Of a stretch of DNA of 64,000 bases, positions 53,864 to 64,000 are shown one piece after another. Each line of letters begins with the position of its first letter. The stretch's first letter is position 1. The translations under genes were made by a program, and so were the position numbers. The DNA is from Amoeboaphelidium protococcarum X5. Lineage: Eukaryota > Fungi > Aphelidiomycota. The stretch spans positions 1-64,000 of the forward strand of contig JALDTO010000214.1 of NCBI GenBank assembly GCA_023515725.1, read 5' to 3'. Below the pieces are notes generated by a model. It was not told the origin of the DNA. It searched no databases and was given only the letters and a program-made list of their open reading frames with translations.

Positions 53864-54313
53864 ATGTGCGCGCCTGTCAGTTAAATAGTCCCTTTAGAGA
53901 CTTCACATTAACGCACAATGCTATCTCGACTCTTACGAGAGGGAATGCTGGGCAATTTAGACGAAGCAGAGTTGACTCGGATAACTCAATTGTTAACTAG
54001 AGCAGAGGCACGACAAGGAGCGGGAATCAGGCCGCAGTAATCAGATGTGCATGATGATCATTCTGGCGATTCAAATGGAGATTAAAGCGTATCTGAAGAG
54101 GAATATGAATAATTTGACCGGTACTACTAAGGAGGAACTGGTATAATTGAGGATTACGATGATTATTCAGGAAGTGATTATGACGATTATGAAGGAGAGG
54201 AACTCTACTCAGACTACAACAGGTACGAGTAAGACCTCGCGGATGAAGATGATGATAATTACCTCTCAGGCGGCGATGATGTTGGTGTTGTGCAAATGCA
54301 TCGCTATTAATGA
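53864..54313 (+). CDS. Hypothetical small acidic D/E/Y-rich protein; start uncertain (in-frame ATGs at 53678, 53864 and 53918)
   Basis: Open code-6 frame with strongly acidic composition, ending TAA TGA. Confidence 0.55.
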
Positions 54314-54542
54314 CATGATATTGACTGGGACTGATTCTCGAAGATGTTCATATTTAGATTGTGTTGTCCCGTTTGTACGGTAATAGAATTGTATAATTGT
54401 CAACTCTCGTTTCTCTCTCACTTGTTCTGGCTTTTAATCTCCTGCCTTTGTTTTCAATTCATTCATTCAGTCAGCTAAAAATCTTCGCTTTGTTTCGAAT
54501 CGCATCGCGTTATCTTCCAAAAGCTTGTACGTGGTTAATTAG

Positions 54543-55379
54543 ATGTTATAGCGAGCAAATATAACAAGATTAAGACCGTTGGTGGTCAATAATGGGCTAA
54601 GAGTCGGTGTTGACTTCTATCGATGTGCTTCATCTGTAAGTTCTTCTGCTTCAAACTACGCTAATGGTAGTAAATCGAATGGATCGTCTGGTGCTGTTAA
54701 AACATCTACTCCCACAGATAAAGAGGTTGGTGGTGATCAGATTGAAGTCGCTACTGAAGGTGACAAACCATTCCCGTAAGAACCGTATTTAGCCGGAGAT
54801 GACGGTAATTCAGACGCCACACCATCGCCTGCTGACAGAGACTGGTCACTCTCATTCCATGGCATTGGAAGCTAGCCTTTCAGTAAGGAGGCGGCGAGCA
54901 TTCTGATGGCACCGTTGGATGATGCAGACATTGAAGTCAAGCCAGATGGACTGTTGTACTTGCCAGAGATTAAATATCGCCGCATCTTGAACAAGGCATT
55001 CAGTCCCGGTGGATGGGGATTATGCCCCAGAGGTCCTCACTCTATTGTGGGCACTAATACTTTGACGCGCGAGTATGCACTGATCGTCCTGGGCCGATTC
55101 GTCAGTCAGGCTAGAGGTGAGTAGTAGTTCTTCAGTCAACAAATGAAAGCCACCGCGACTGAGGGTGTAAAGTCGAATGCTCTCATGAGATGTTGTAAAG
55201 ATTTGGGTATTGCCAGTGAGTTGTGGGATCCGGCCTTTATTAGAAAGTGGAAGGCCAAGTTTGCCAAAGAGTGTTGGGTGCTCGACTAGAGAACATCAGT
55301 CAATGGCAAAGGACCGCGTAAGAGGCTATGGAGACGTGTTGACGAAAAGTTTGATTATCCATACCAAGAGATAAAATGA
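54543..55379 (+). CDS. MGM101: Mitochondrial genome maintenance protein Mgm101 (Rad52-like), 278 aa
   Basis: [31 protein letters not shown] and [20 protein letters not shown]. Confidence 0.95.
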
Positions 55380-55467
55380 ATGCAATATAGTAGCACAATA
55401 AATTCATTATTTCCACTTTCAATGCTGGGTTGCCTTTTACTCTCATTGTGACAACTGAGGGCTAAAA

Positions 55468-56793
55468 TCAAAGCTAAACTTTCTGGCCAGTTATGAGAGA
55501 CTTTTTACCAGCTTCTAGAATTGTGGTTACATTTCTGGTGGTGGATACTAAAGCCAACATCTGCCAATTGAATGGGAGCTAATTTGCAGCTGCTTTGGTG
55601 TTATCAGATACCCGCGAGGCATCCGAGGCTGACACAGTCAAAAGCTCTTCTAAAGAGTCAAGTGTAAGCTTTCCATCACTAACCAACTGGCATGCTTTTA
55701 CCCACACTTGAAAGCTTTAGTAACCATAAGTCTGTTGCCCGTTGAACTAGCCAAACTAATCAGGGGTATAAGTCCAAAATAGTGGATTATTTGACTTGTA
55801 TCCTTACAAATCAGTCGCTGTCTCATAGCCTCTATGAGCCTGATCGATTCGTATTTCACCAGCAGATCCTAGCAGGTGGAATCTTTGCTGTGAGTGAACT
55901 TCAGCCTTGTCAGGAGCAACCCAACTGGACGTGAATACAGCGTGAGCCGAGTTTCTCATACCACTTGCAAACTCAACCAACAAAGTGATTGTATCCTCAC
56001 ACTGAGGAGAGCAGCCATAAGCTGCAGATGATGCGATGCCTTTGGAAGCAGACGCGTAGACACTTACGGGCTTCATCTACGGATAGGACCAACAAAGGAA
56101 ATCAATATGGTGCGAGTTGAGATAATACGAAATATCGGAGGATACACCAGCCCATGATTTAAACGTCTTTAACTAATATTTTGGCTAAGACATATATGCA
56201 TAAAAGTAAGATAAGTCTGCACCCATCTGACCATCAACAATCTTATTTCGTGCATCCTTATAGATGGGATCGAATCGTTTATGGAACTCGGTACAAACAA
56301 CCACATTGTGCTTCCGTGAATCTTCAATCAAATGATCATGTTCCTTGAGATGATGAACCGTTGGCTTGGCAATCATGACGTGCATTCCCTTCTGGATGGC
56401 GTATAATGCTATAGGATAATGTGTAGAGTCGGGAGTAAAGATGGTGACAGCTGAACCTGAAGGCATTGAATCTATTGCATCTTGGTATGCCTATAGATTA
56501 GTTCCCGATTTGGGCCAACACTCGTCGATCTGAGTAGATAAGTTTGAATACATCTAGCCAACACCATCATTAAGCCACTAAATACTTCTCTCCACTTTCT
56601 CTGCTGAAGTTCCACACAGCCCAATCCATTCAACCATGCCACGTTGACGCAGATGGAACATTGTTAATGCCACCACGCCCATCTTTTTGTCAGTTGAATT
56701 GCTTGAGCTCTGACTTCCCTAAGTACCAGCAGCATTGACAGAAGGCGGAATTCCAACCGTATACTCTCCAGTTCCAACCATTAAGACTCTCAT
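55468..56793 (-). CDS. gaaA: Gfo/Idh/MocA oxidoreductase, GaaA-type D-galacturonate reductase, 441 aa
   Basis: [44 protein letters not shown] and [25 protein letters not shown] match remembered Aspergillus GaaA motifs. Confidence 0.82.
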
Positions 56794-57036
56794 ATTTTTT
56801 ATTAATCTTGTTCTTCTATGACTTTAAATGTTAACAAAAAATCGAAAGCCAAGACCAACACGAAAATATAAATGGTCTGAGCAATAAAAAGCAAATTTCA
56901 AGTCAAGTTTCCAGTAAAATAGCCGGCACAGAAACAAGAAGGAAATTAGATCAAAATTAAGAGCCAGACAAAGAATAAAACTATTTTATTACAATTCAAT
57001 CGACAGAAGGGAAAGTTCTTATGGGATAGATAGCTA

Positions 57037-58452
57037 TCACGCGTTCTTGGTGAAGTTGGCCAGCTGTTTCAGAATTCTTACGGTGGGATCCACTTCGCGT
57101 TGACGAGAAGAATCGCGTCGCTGGAGACGATTCGGAGACGGCACTTCAAGTCCCAGCAGTGATGCTCTTCTTGCATCATCCTTGGTCATTCTCAGACCAG
57201 AGTCGCGTCTCTTGTTTTCAGGAGTGGCTTTCTGACTCGCACCATCTTGAGACGGCGGAGAAGATAAATCTTAATCGTCATCAGGCCACACCACTTCAAT
57301 GGCGGCCACAAACATCTCATCAACATGCTGCTTAATCTCCTTGAGAACAGTAATCATATCATGAGCATGTATCAACTTTGGATCACTCTCTTTTAGGAGA
57401 GATTCTATTTTCAATTCCAAATTCTCAATGGCTTGACTCACCTTGTAATTTTCAGAGTCATCAAGCATCAGTTTAACGTTCTCATCCGATATCAAATCAT
57501 CCATCATTTGCTTCTCTATGGAGAACAAATCCACATTCTCATCAGCTAATTCACAATCTAAATAGTTCTCAAGTTGGATTCCAGACCATTATTAAATCTG
57601 TTCACTTGTCAGATTGATTTATTCATTGAGCTATTGAAACTCCACTTGCAATTATTCATTCAATGGATTTGGGCGTTAAACAACTCTTGGCGGATCTCTT
57701 GGTCTGTGGTACCATGAGCAGTTGATCTAACCATCCAACAGCGCCTAATAAATATCTTGTAGAACTATGGACACTTGTATATCAGACTACTAATCCTTGA
57801 TACGTGAAATGCAATATAATAGCAATTGTTTCATGCGAATAGGATCAGGCAGGTCTGGCTGAATGTGATTTACAAATTAGGTTGAGGGAACGTCATGGTG
57901 TACACTCAACTGCAAGTTGGAATATGAGCTTCGACGTTTACCGCGCAGACAGAAACTACTCTTCCTACCAGCACCAGATTTTCTCTTCTTTTGCAAGCTC
58001 TAACGGAATTAATCTAAATTGAAGTGTTGAATAGACTCTGTTGCTTCTTTACTGACTGTGGTAGAAGTGGTGGTGGTGCAAGTTTAAACACTGCTTGAAC
58101 GAGTACTTATCTGAGACATAGACTCCACTTCTGACTGCGTGAAATTAGCTGCTTGTTAATCTTAACCCATATCAATTGCTTTGGCCTTTATAGAAGATGA
58201 CTAGACACCATATTTGTGTGGTAAACTCTTTTACTTCTTTGAGTCTTCATTCAGAATACTATCAAAACGTCTCTTGTGTAGATTAAGTGGACTACTTGGC
58301 ATAAAGTCACTGGTGGTGATAGTCTTACGTGGAGACTTTATATCATGTTATAATTATTAGTTTTCAGCTATGGGCTTCAAAGGCTCAGCTCTCTTCTAGA
58401 TATACTTCCACGGCAAAGGAGTTGGAAACGATGATCTTCTACCCTCAGTCAT
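57037..58452 (-). CDS. DSN1: Kinetochore Mis12-complex subunit Dsn1/Mis13, 471 aa
   Basis: RKSSFCLRGKRRSS (Aurora-site motif), HHDVPSTQFVNHIQPDLPDPIRMKQLL and SWYHR..RPNPLN. Confidence 0.82.
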
Positions 58453-58714
58453 TACTACAGTAAAATACTCTCAGCAAATTATTATTATGCAGACAGGTAT
58501 AGTATAATAATGTGACTTAAAATTGTTCTAAAGTTTAATATAAAAGTTGAAACAGAAATGGAAAGCTCGACGAGCGTTTCACCGTTTCAAGTCTTCGCCA
58601 ACATGGACGCGACACTTTATCCAAACGACGTTGAAACGTCAGCATTTCTTACACTGTACTGTGTTGTGTATCATCAATTAGACTTAAGACTATTATATCA
58701 AAAAAGTTGTACAG

Positions 58715-59491
58715 ATGACAGTTAAAGCCAACGATTATGAAAGATACGAAGTTCAGGACTTGAAACTAAAAGTGTTGCAAGAATACATTTTAAATCTGGA
58801 AGCAACGAATGCAAAATTGTATGCCCGCTGTAATTATTTGGAGCTGAAACAACGTTAGTCTGAGCTATAAGTGTAGTCTGTGTCAAATTCATCCGACTTG
58901 AGCTGTGATATTAGTCCAAGTCCTGTAATAGCCTTCACTATAGTGCAGCAAATTATCGATGAGGCAATGAATATAAGCGAACAGTCTCAACTGTAGAAAG
59001 AATTTAAGAATCGCCTGAATGAAACGGAGACTTTGAAGGATCAGTAGCTTGAACAAATGGCTGAGAGATTGAAAGAAGGTGAAATGAACAAAGTTGTCGC
59101 GTGTTCATTGCAAAGGGAGACAGAGCTGTTGAAGAGAGATTTTGAATTTGAAAAGTCTTATATCAAGGCCGCTCTGTAACACTTATAGCACGAATTGAAC
59201 TGTAAAGACCAGACAATATCAACGTTACAGGAACAACTCTAATAACTGAATTTGCGTTTATTTGAGAAAGAGAACGAGTGTGAAGAGTTGCAAATTTATA
59301 TTACCACATACAAGACGCAATCGAAAGAAAAAGTTGAGATCTTGAAGGCTAATTGCGCTGCTGCAGACGCTGAAGTTGAAAAGATGGACACTATAATTGG
59401 CAGGATCCGAGAAGCCTTTTAAAAAGAGATCACTTTCATAAATCAAAATCAACGATTGTCAAATTTGATGCATGTGATAAGTGAAAACTGA
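58715..59491 (+). CDS. Hypothetical coiled-coil protein, about 258 aa
   Basis: Open code-6 frame rich in E/K/Q/L heptads; absent from the ORF track. Confidence 0.7.
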
Positions 59492-59545
59492 TCTATACCA
59501 ATGGCACGCAATATAACATCATCATTTTTCTACATTTGACACTTC

Positions 59546-61024
59546 TCATTTCTTCACCTGAGCCAAAAATGAACACATTAATGCGTCGTCACACTTGTTA
59601 CCACTGATAAATGGATGCTTTCGACCACTTGACGAGCCTTTAAGGAGTGCAGATGGCGATGGTCTACTCTGTGGGTCTTTATCCAGACACAACTCAACAA
59701 AATGACTGAAATCGCGCGTGTATGGACCGCCAGATGATTGATCAGGCACTTTTGGCAATTGTCCATTAACGATAAGAGTGAGCAAATCAAAAGGACTGAG
59801 ATTTTCCACATTAACGGATCCTTGTGAGAGACTTGACGCAAGAGGATGCTTGCCCAGGGCGAGTTCAAGCAATGTGAGTCCCAGACTCCAGCTATCTGAT
59901 TATGCAGAGTATTATGCACCCTAAATCCTCTCTGGAGACATATACGCACCAGTACCGACAAATGTATTCGCAAAAGTTGCCTCCAACTGGCCAGAGACAC
60001 CAAAATCGCACAACTTGATCTGGCCTTGCTTGTTGATCAAAATATTGGACGGCTTTATGTCTCGGTGTACAATCCTGTGCTTTTCATACAAATAAACCAG
60101 TCCTTCCAGAACACTGATGGTTATATGTCCAAGAATAGATTCCTTAATACAACCAACGCGCGAAATACTCTCCAATGACCCTGCATCCATATACTCCATA
60201 CAAATACAAAGTTCTCCGGATGATATGAATGCACCATAGAAGCTAACAATAAACTTAGATTAACATTCTCCCAGAATCCTCAATTCACGCGCAATCTCTT
60301 TACTCAGGCCACCATTCTCACCATCTGCTGCATTGAGTATATGGACTCCATTAATAGATTTCTTCGCCATTATAGTATTCGTAACAATGTGTCTGGCGCG
60401 ATATACCGTACCTCCACTGCCTTCGCCCAATTCTTGCAAGAGCTCAAGATCACTATCAGCCAGAGTGTTAAGGTATTTATGTAACACTTGAGCTCTCTCG
60501 CTATTCTAATTTTTCAGAAGCAGATTAGAGCTACTTGAGGATCGAGATTTATTAGTGAGGGAGTTACTAGTCTATCCTTGCAGCGAAGTATTGAACATGC
60601 CACCTTAATCAGCGAGATTTTATGATTAGTAATTCAAGCTATCAGATGATTGTTTACGCATTGCTGTCATTGCACCTAAATCAATTGGCTTAGGACGTGG
60701 TCGGCGTTACTTAACAGGGCCATTTAGAGATTGTTGAGATCCATTTAGTTACTCCATTGAAGTCGCGCCGCTGATACTATTATTGTCACCATATGAGCTG
60801 AGAGAGTCACTAGATGCAGATATTGATAATTTCTAAAGGCTTCTATTAACACCACTTGATCCAGAGTTGTTAATAAAAGTATTGTCGACAGAAGATCCAG
60901 TTTGATTAGAATCAGAGTTGGCAGATGACGGTGAGGATTGAGATGATTTTGATGTTTAAATACCTCCAGCAGCCAAATCTAACCGCGGTAATGGCTTGGT
61001 CTTTACTTTACGAGGCGCCGACAT
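59546..61024 (-). CDS. MAP kinase kinase (Ste7/MEK1 type), 492 aa
   Basis: [56 protein letters not shown] and N-terminal D-motif [13 protein letters not shown]. Confidence 0.95.
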
Positions 61025-61294
61025 TAATTTAGTATTTTTACAATTACTAAAGGTGGTAGATTCGATAAATAAAAGGCTGATTTGATATTAAGATTAAAGC
61101 TGAAGAAATCATCAAACGAGCTCCCATGAAGTTGATTAAGATATTTATAGCCTACAAGGTATGAAAGTAGAGATATTTCTATAGCTAAAAACACAATATA
61201 TTGCTCAATATTTTAACAAAATACTAGGTTTTTACATGAAGTATCGTTATCCTGTAAGATGCAAACGCTATGACTGTATTACAATCCGAAACGT

Positions 61295-62992
61295 TCAATT
61301 CGATTCTCTAAATTGGATTTTGCCAATAGCGCCAATCAATCGGTCAGTGTTACCATGATGCTTCAACCTTTCCCCGTTTACAGCGATGCCAACTTCTATC
61401 ACTTGTATTTACGGTGGGAGCTGATATTCTAGTGCTTGCCACTATTTCTGAAACTCTAAACTGGAATTTAAAGTTCGATTTGCATTGCACATTACCACCG
61501 ATTCTTCTTCACCAGCTCTATACTTGCAATACAGCGAAAACGCTTCCAACTTCCCGCTAACATGAGTTATCACTACACCGTTCTCAAGTTTGAAATCTTC
61601 AAATCTAAAGAGCGGAGAAATCATAATCTCTCGAGGCACATTAATAGCGTTACAAAGTATAGATAGCGCGTGGGAACCAGAATACGGCTCAATCCCATCT
61701 TGAGCATTCGTCAGTCTCCATTCAAACAATTCCAGATAAAGGCGATCATCTCCTTTGATATCATAGAACCTGTTTTAATTCCACAAATTTGGAAGGTAAC
61801 TCTATTTCTATATGTGACTATAGAATCCAGAGTGCATTAATTTCCCATCTTGGAACATGTAATTACCGTATCCCATACAAAAATCCGTCTCGAAACTATT
61901 ATCGACTACAGGTGTAGAATACAATTATAGATGTTAACTTATTCCACAGTAATCGTCGTTCCAAAGCATATTGTCCAATTTCTATTAATTCAGTCTAGAT
62001 TTTCCTTCAAACGACCATGCAGGTGCAAAGAGAGCTGCATTCAATCCATACTTCTTTATTAGATTGAAGGCCTACAATATTGATTGCCACGATAAGTTGA
62101 ATAAGAAATATACATGTAGATTAATTCTTACCAGATGACAGTTCAATTACCCACCACCGAGCTATCCGCGACCCCACACATCTACACCAACATATACATC
62201 TTAAACTCTACTGCCAGCACTCTTTTGAGATATTTCGAGTTACTTCTGGCGCCATGTGTAATTGGTAAAGAAAGCATCGGATACTTGAAAGAATTTGAGA
62301 TTATTTTCATTAAGACAATCTTACCAAGCCAGAGAACCATCATGAATGATTGAATCATACCAAATCAGCTTGAATGATGGGTTAGCCTAGTGCAAGAGGT
62401 TTTTGAATATAGTCAACCATTGTATAAGTTTATCAACATGGCGCGTCTCGACCGGACTCTCAACATTCACCAGATAACCATCAAACCGGAAATACTGAGC
62501 AATTTGAACTAATTTAGTGGCAGTCTCAGCGCAGACAGTCTCATTACCTCCAAAGGTATCGCCATAGATAAGACGAAGAATTTACTCAGTACCAGCCTCA
62601 TGTTCAACAATAATAGTTCCGAGACATTGAACGCCATTCTTATGCGTGCACGATGTCCAAACCACAGGAGGTATAGTAAGAAAATGATGTGAGAAGTAGA
62701 TAAATATTGAGATATGATTCCAATTCTTAACTGTATATGTAGTGCGCTCGAAATCCGGTTTATCGCTATAATAACCTCCGGGATAAATATCATCTTCCAC
62801 GTAACCACCTTACATATCATGACAAACTAATAGATCCACGCCATCTCGCAACTTTTATCGCGGCAACAGTGGAACATGGCAAATGTTATGCTCATCCACT
62901 CCATCCAAAGGCTTCCATTTAAGCAATTCAGCGACCGAATTCAAGTATCGGCTTTTAACTTTATTAGATATATTATTCAGTGGCAATATCAT
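61295..62992 (-). CDS. ENGASE: Cytosolic endo-beta-N-acetylglucosaminidase (GH85); intron 62072-62131; about 545 aa
   Basis: LLVCHDMQGGY, YFSHHFLTIPP, FDGYLVNVE (NxE), GVDVWGRG and ALFAPAW. Confidence 0.9.
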
Positions 62993-63378
62993 TTCTCTAT
63001 TATAAAACTTGCTAAAGCTGCTGTTATGAACAAGCGAAAATGGAAATATCTTGAAACAAAAGCACGCGCAAGCTTTGTTCGCCTTTTCCCGCTCGGACAC
63101 AGCGAAGAGAATGTCTCTCTGTTGACATCTCGGCGCGTTCATTATAGATTTCGCTCCAAGACTTTCCTTTGCAGCTAAAGACGATTGCTCTTGTTTTCTT
63201 CCTGGCAAGACATCAGCAGCAACAACCAAATTGACGTGACGATTTCGGAATGCTTCGATTGACGCGCCGCCCTTCCTCTCTCAGTTTCGCGTGTTATCCT
63301 CGCAGCAGTAGAACTAACTATCATTAACATAGTATTAACAAGTAGTAACCAATTAAAAGTAGAAACAATAAAGCGACA

Positions 63379-64000
63379 ATGTACAACCTGAAGTTTTTGA
63401 GTGCCCCTGTCCAAGATGTTCATCAGCGTATCATTATCGGTGAGAAGAATGTCATCGCCACCAAGGAAGGTGGTGACATGAAGTGGTTGTCCGCTGTCAA
63501 CTTGGCATCAACTAGTACTTCTGGTGTTAAGGCTGTGGTGCAGCGAGCTATTGTCTAGGACGAATCTAGCAGTGCTACATGGTTCCCAGAGTCTGCAGAT
63601 CAACCTCCAGTCACTGTGGCAACTTTTGCTAGCGAGAGAAGCCGTAATTTGGGTGTGATCAGAGGTGACGTTATCACTGAACTATTGCCAAAGCTGCTAT
63701 CTGCCGCTGATAAGGGCAAATCCGTTCTGTTGACTGTAGTGTTGGCTTCCAAGGACCAGGTACACGCTGCCACCACCGCTATTGCTCGTGCTCTGCCTGT
63801 GTACAACAGAAAGACCACATCTTAGGCTGGAAGTGCACCACCATCTGGGACTGTAAATGTCCAATTCGTACTTGCTGATGGTTCATCCTCTGTCGTCAAT
63901 GCTGATGAAGCTGCGCAGTTGCAAATCACTGCCGACTCTGTACGTCTATGTGCCAGACTGGTGGATATGCCTGCTAATGAACTGTCAACTGACGCGTATG
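63379..64000 (+). CDS. NPEPL1: M17 aminopeptidase NPEPL1-like, 3'-truncated
   Basis: SRNLGVIR, AIARALPVYNRKT and VRLCARLVDMPANEL. Confidence 0.8.

Overview
Gene-dense eukaryotic nuclear DNA with few, short GT-AG introns. It uses a non-standard code: TAA/TAG = Gln and TGA is the only stop (translation table 6). The supplied ORF track therefore breaks every gene into fragments. Re-read in code 6, the window holds about 31 intact protein genes, one tRNA-Cys(GCA) gene and one intact-looking CryptonF tyrosine-recombinase transposon. The content mixes fungal markers (MGM101, Dsn1/Mis13, GaaA, ProRS with an N-terminal YbaK-like domain) with animal-shared genes absent from yeasts (vinculin, prominin, UNC79-like, BK/Slo channel, NPEPL1, myosin VI-like). 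With the code, this points to an early-branching fungal relative, most plausibly the aphelid Amoeboaphelidium protococcarum (inference). Top observations: (1) a myosin VI-like gene keeping insert-2 and a cargo-binding tail but lacking P-loop and switch motifs, i.e. a candidate pseudo-motor; (2) a Crypton with TTATTACA direct repeats, TGTGAC arrays at both ends and a 10-bp inverted-repeat site, sitting just upstream of calcineurin A; (3) a spliced 43-aa Cys/His microprotein missed by the ORF track; (4) an inverted pair of orphan membrane-protein paralogs around a third orphan gene; (5) many genes ending in TAR just before TGA, possible fossils of the pre-reassignment stops. All translations and family calls were made by eye from remembered motifs; no searches were run.
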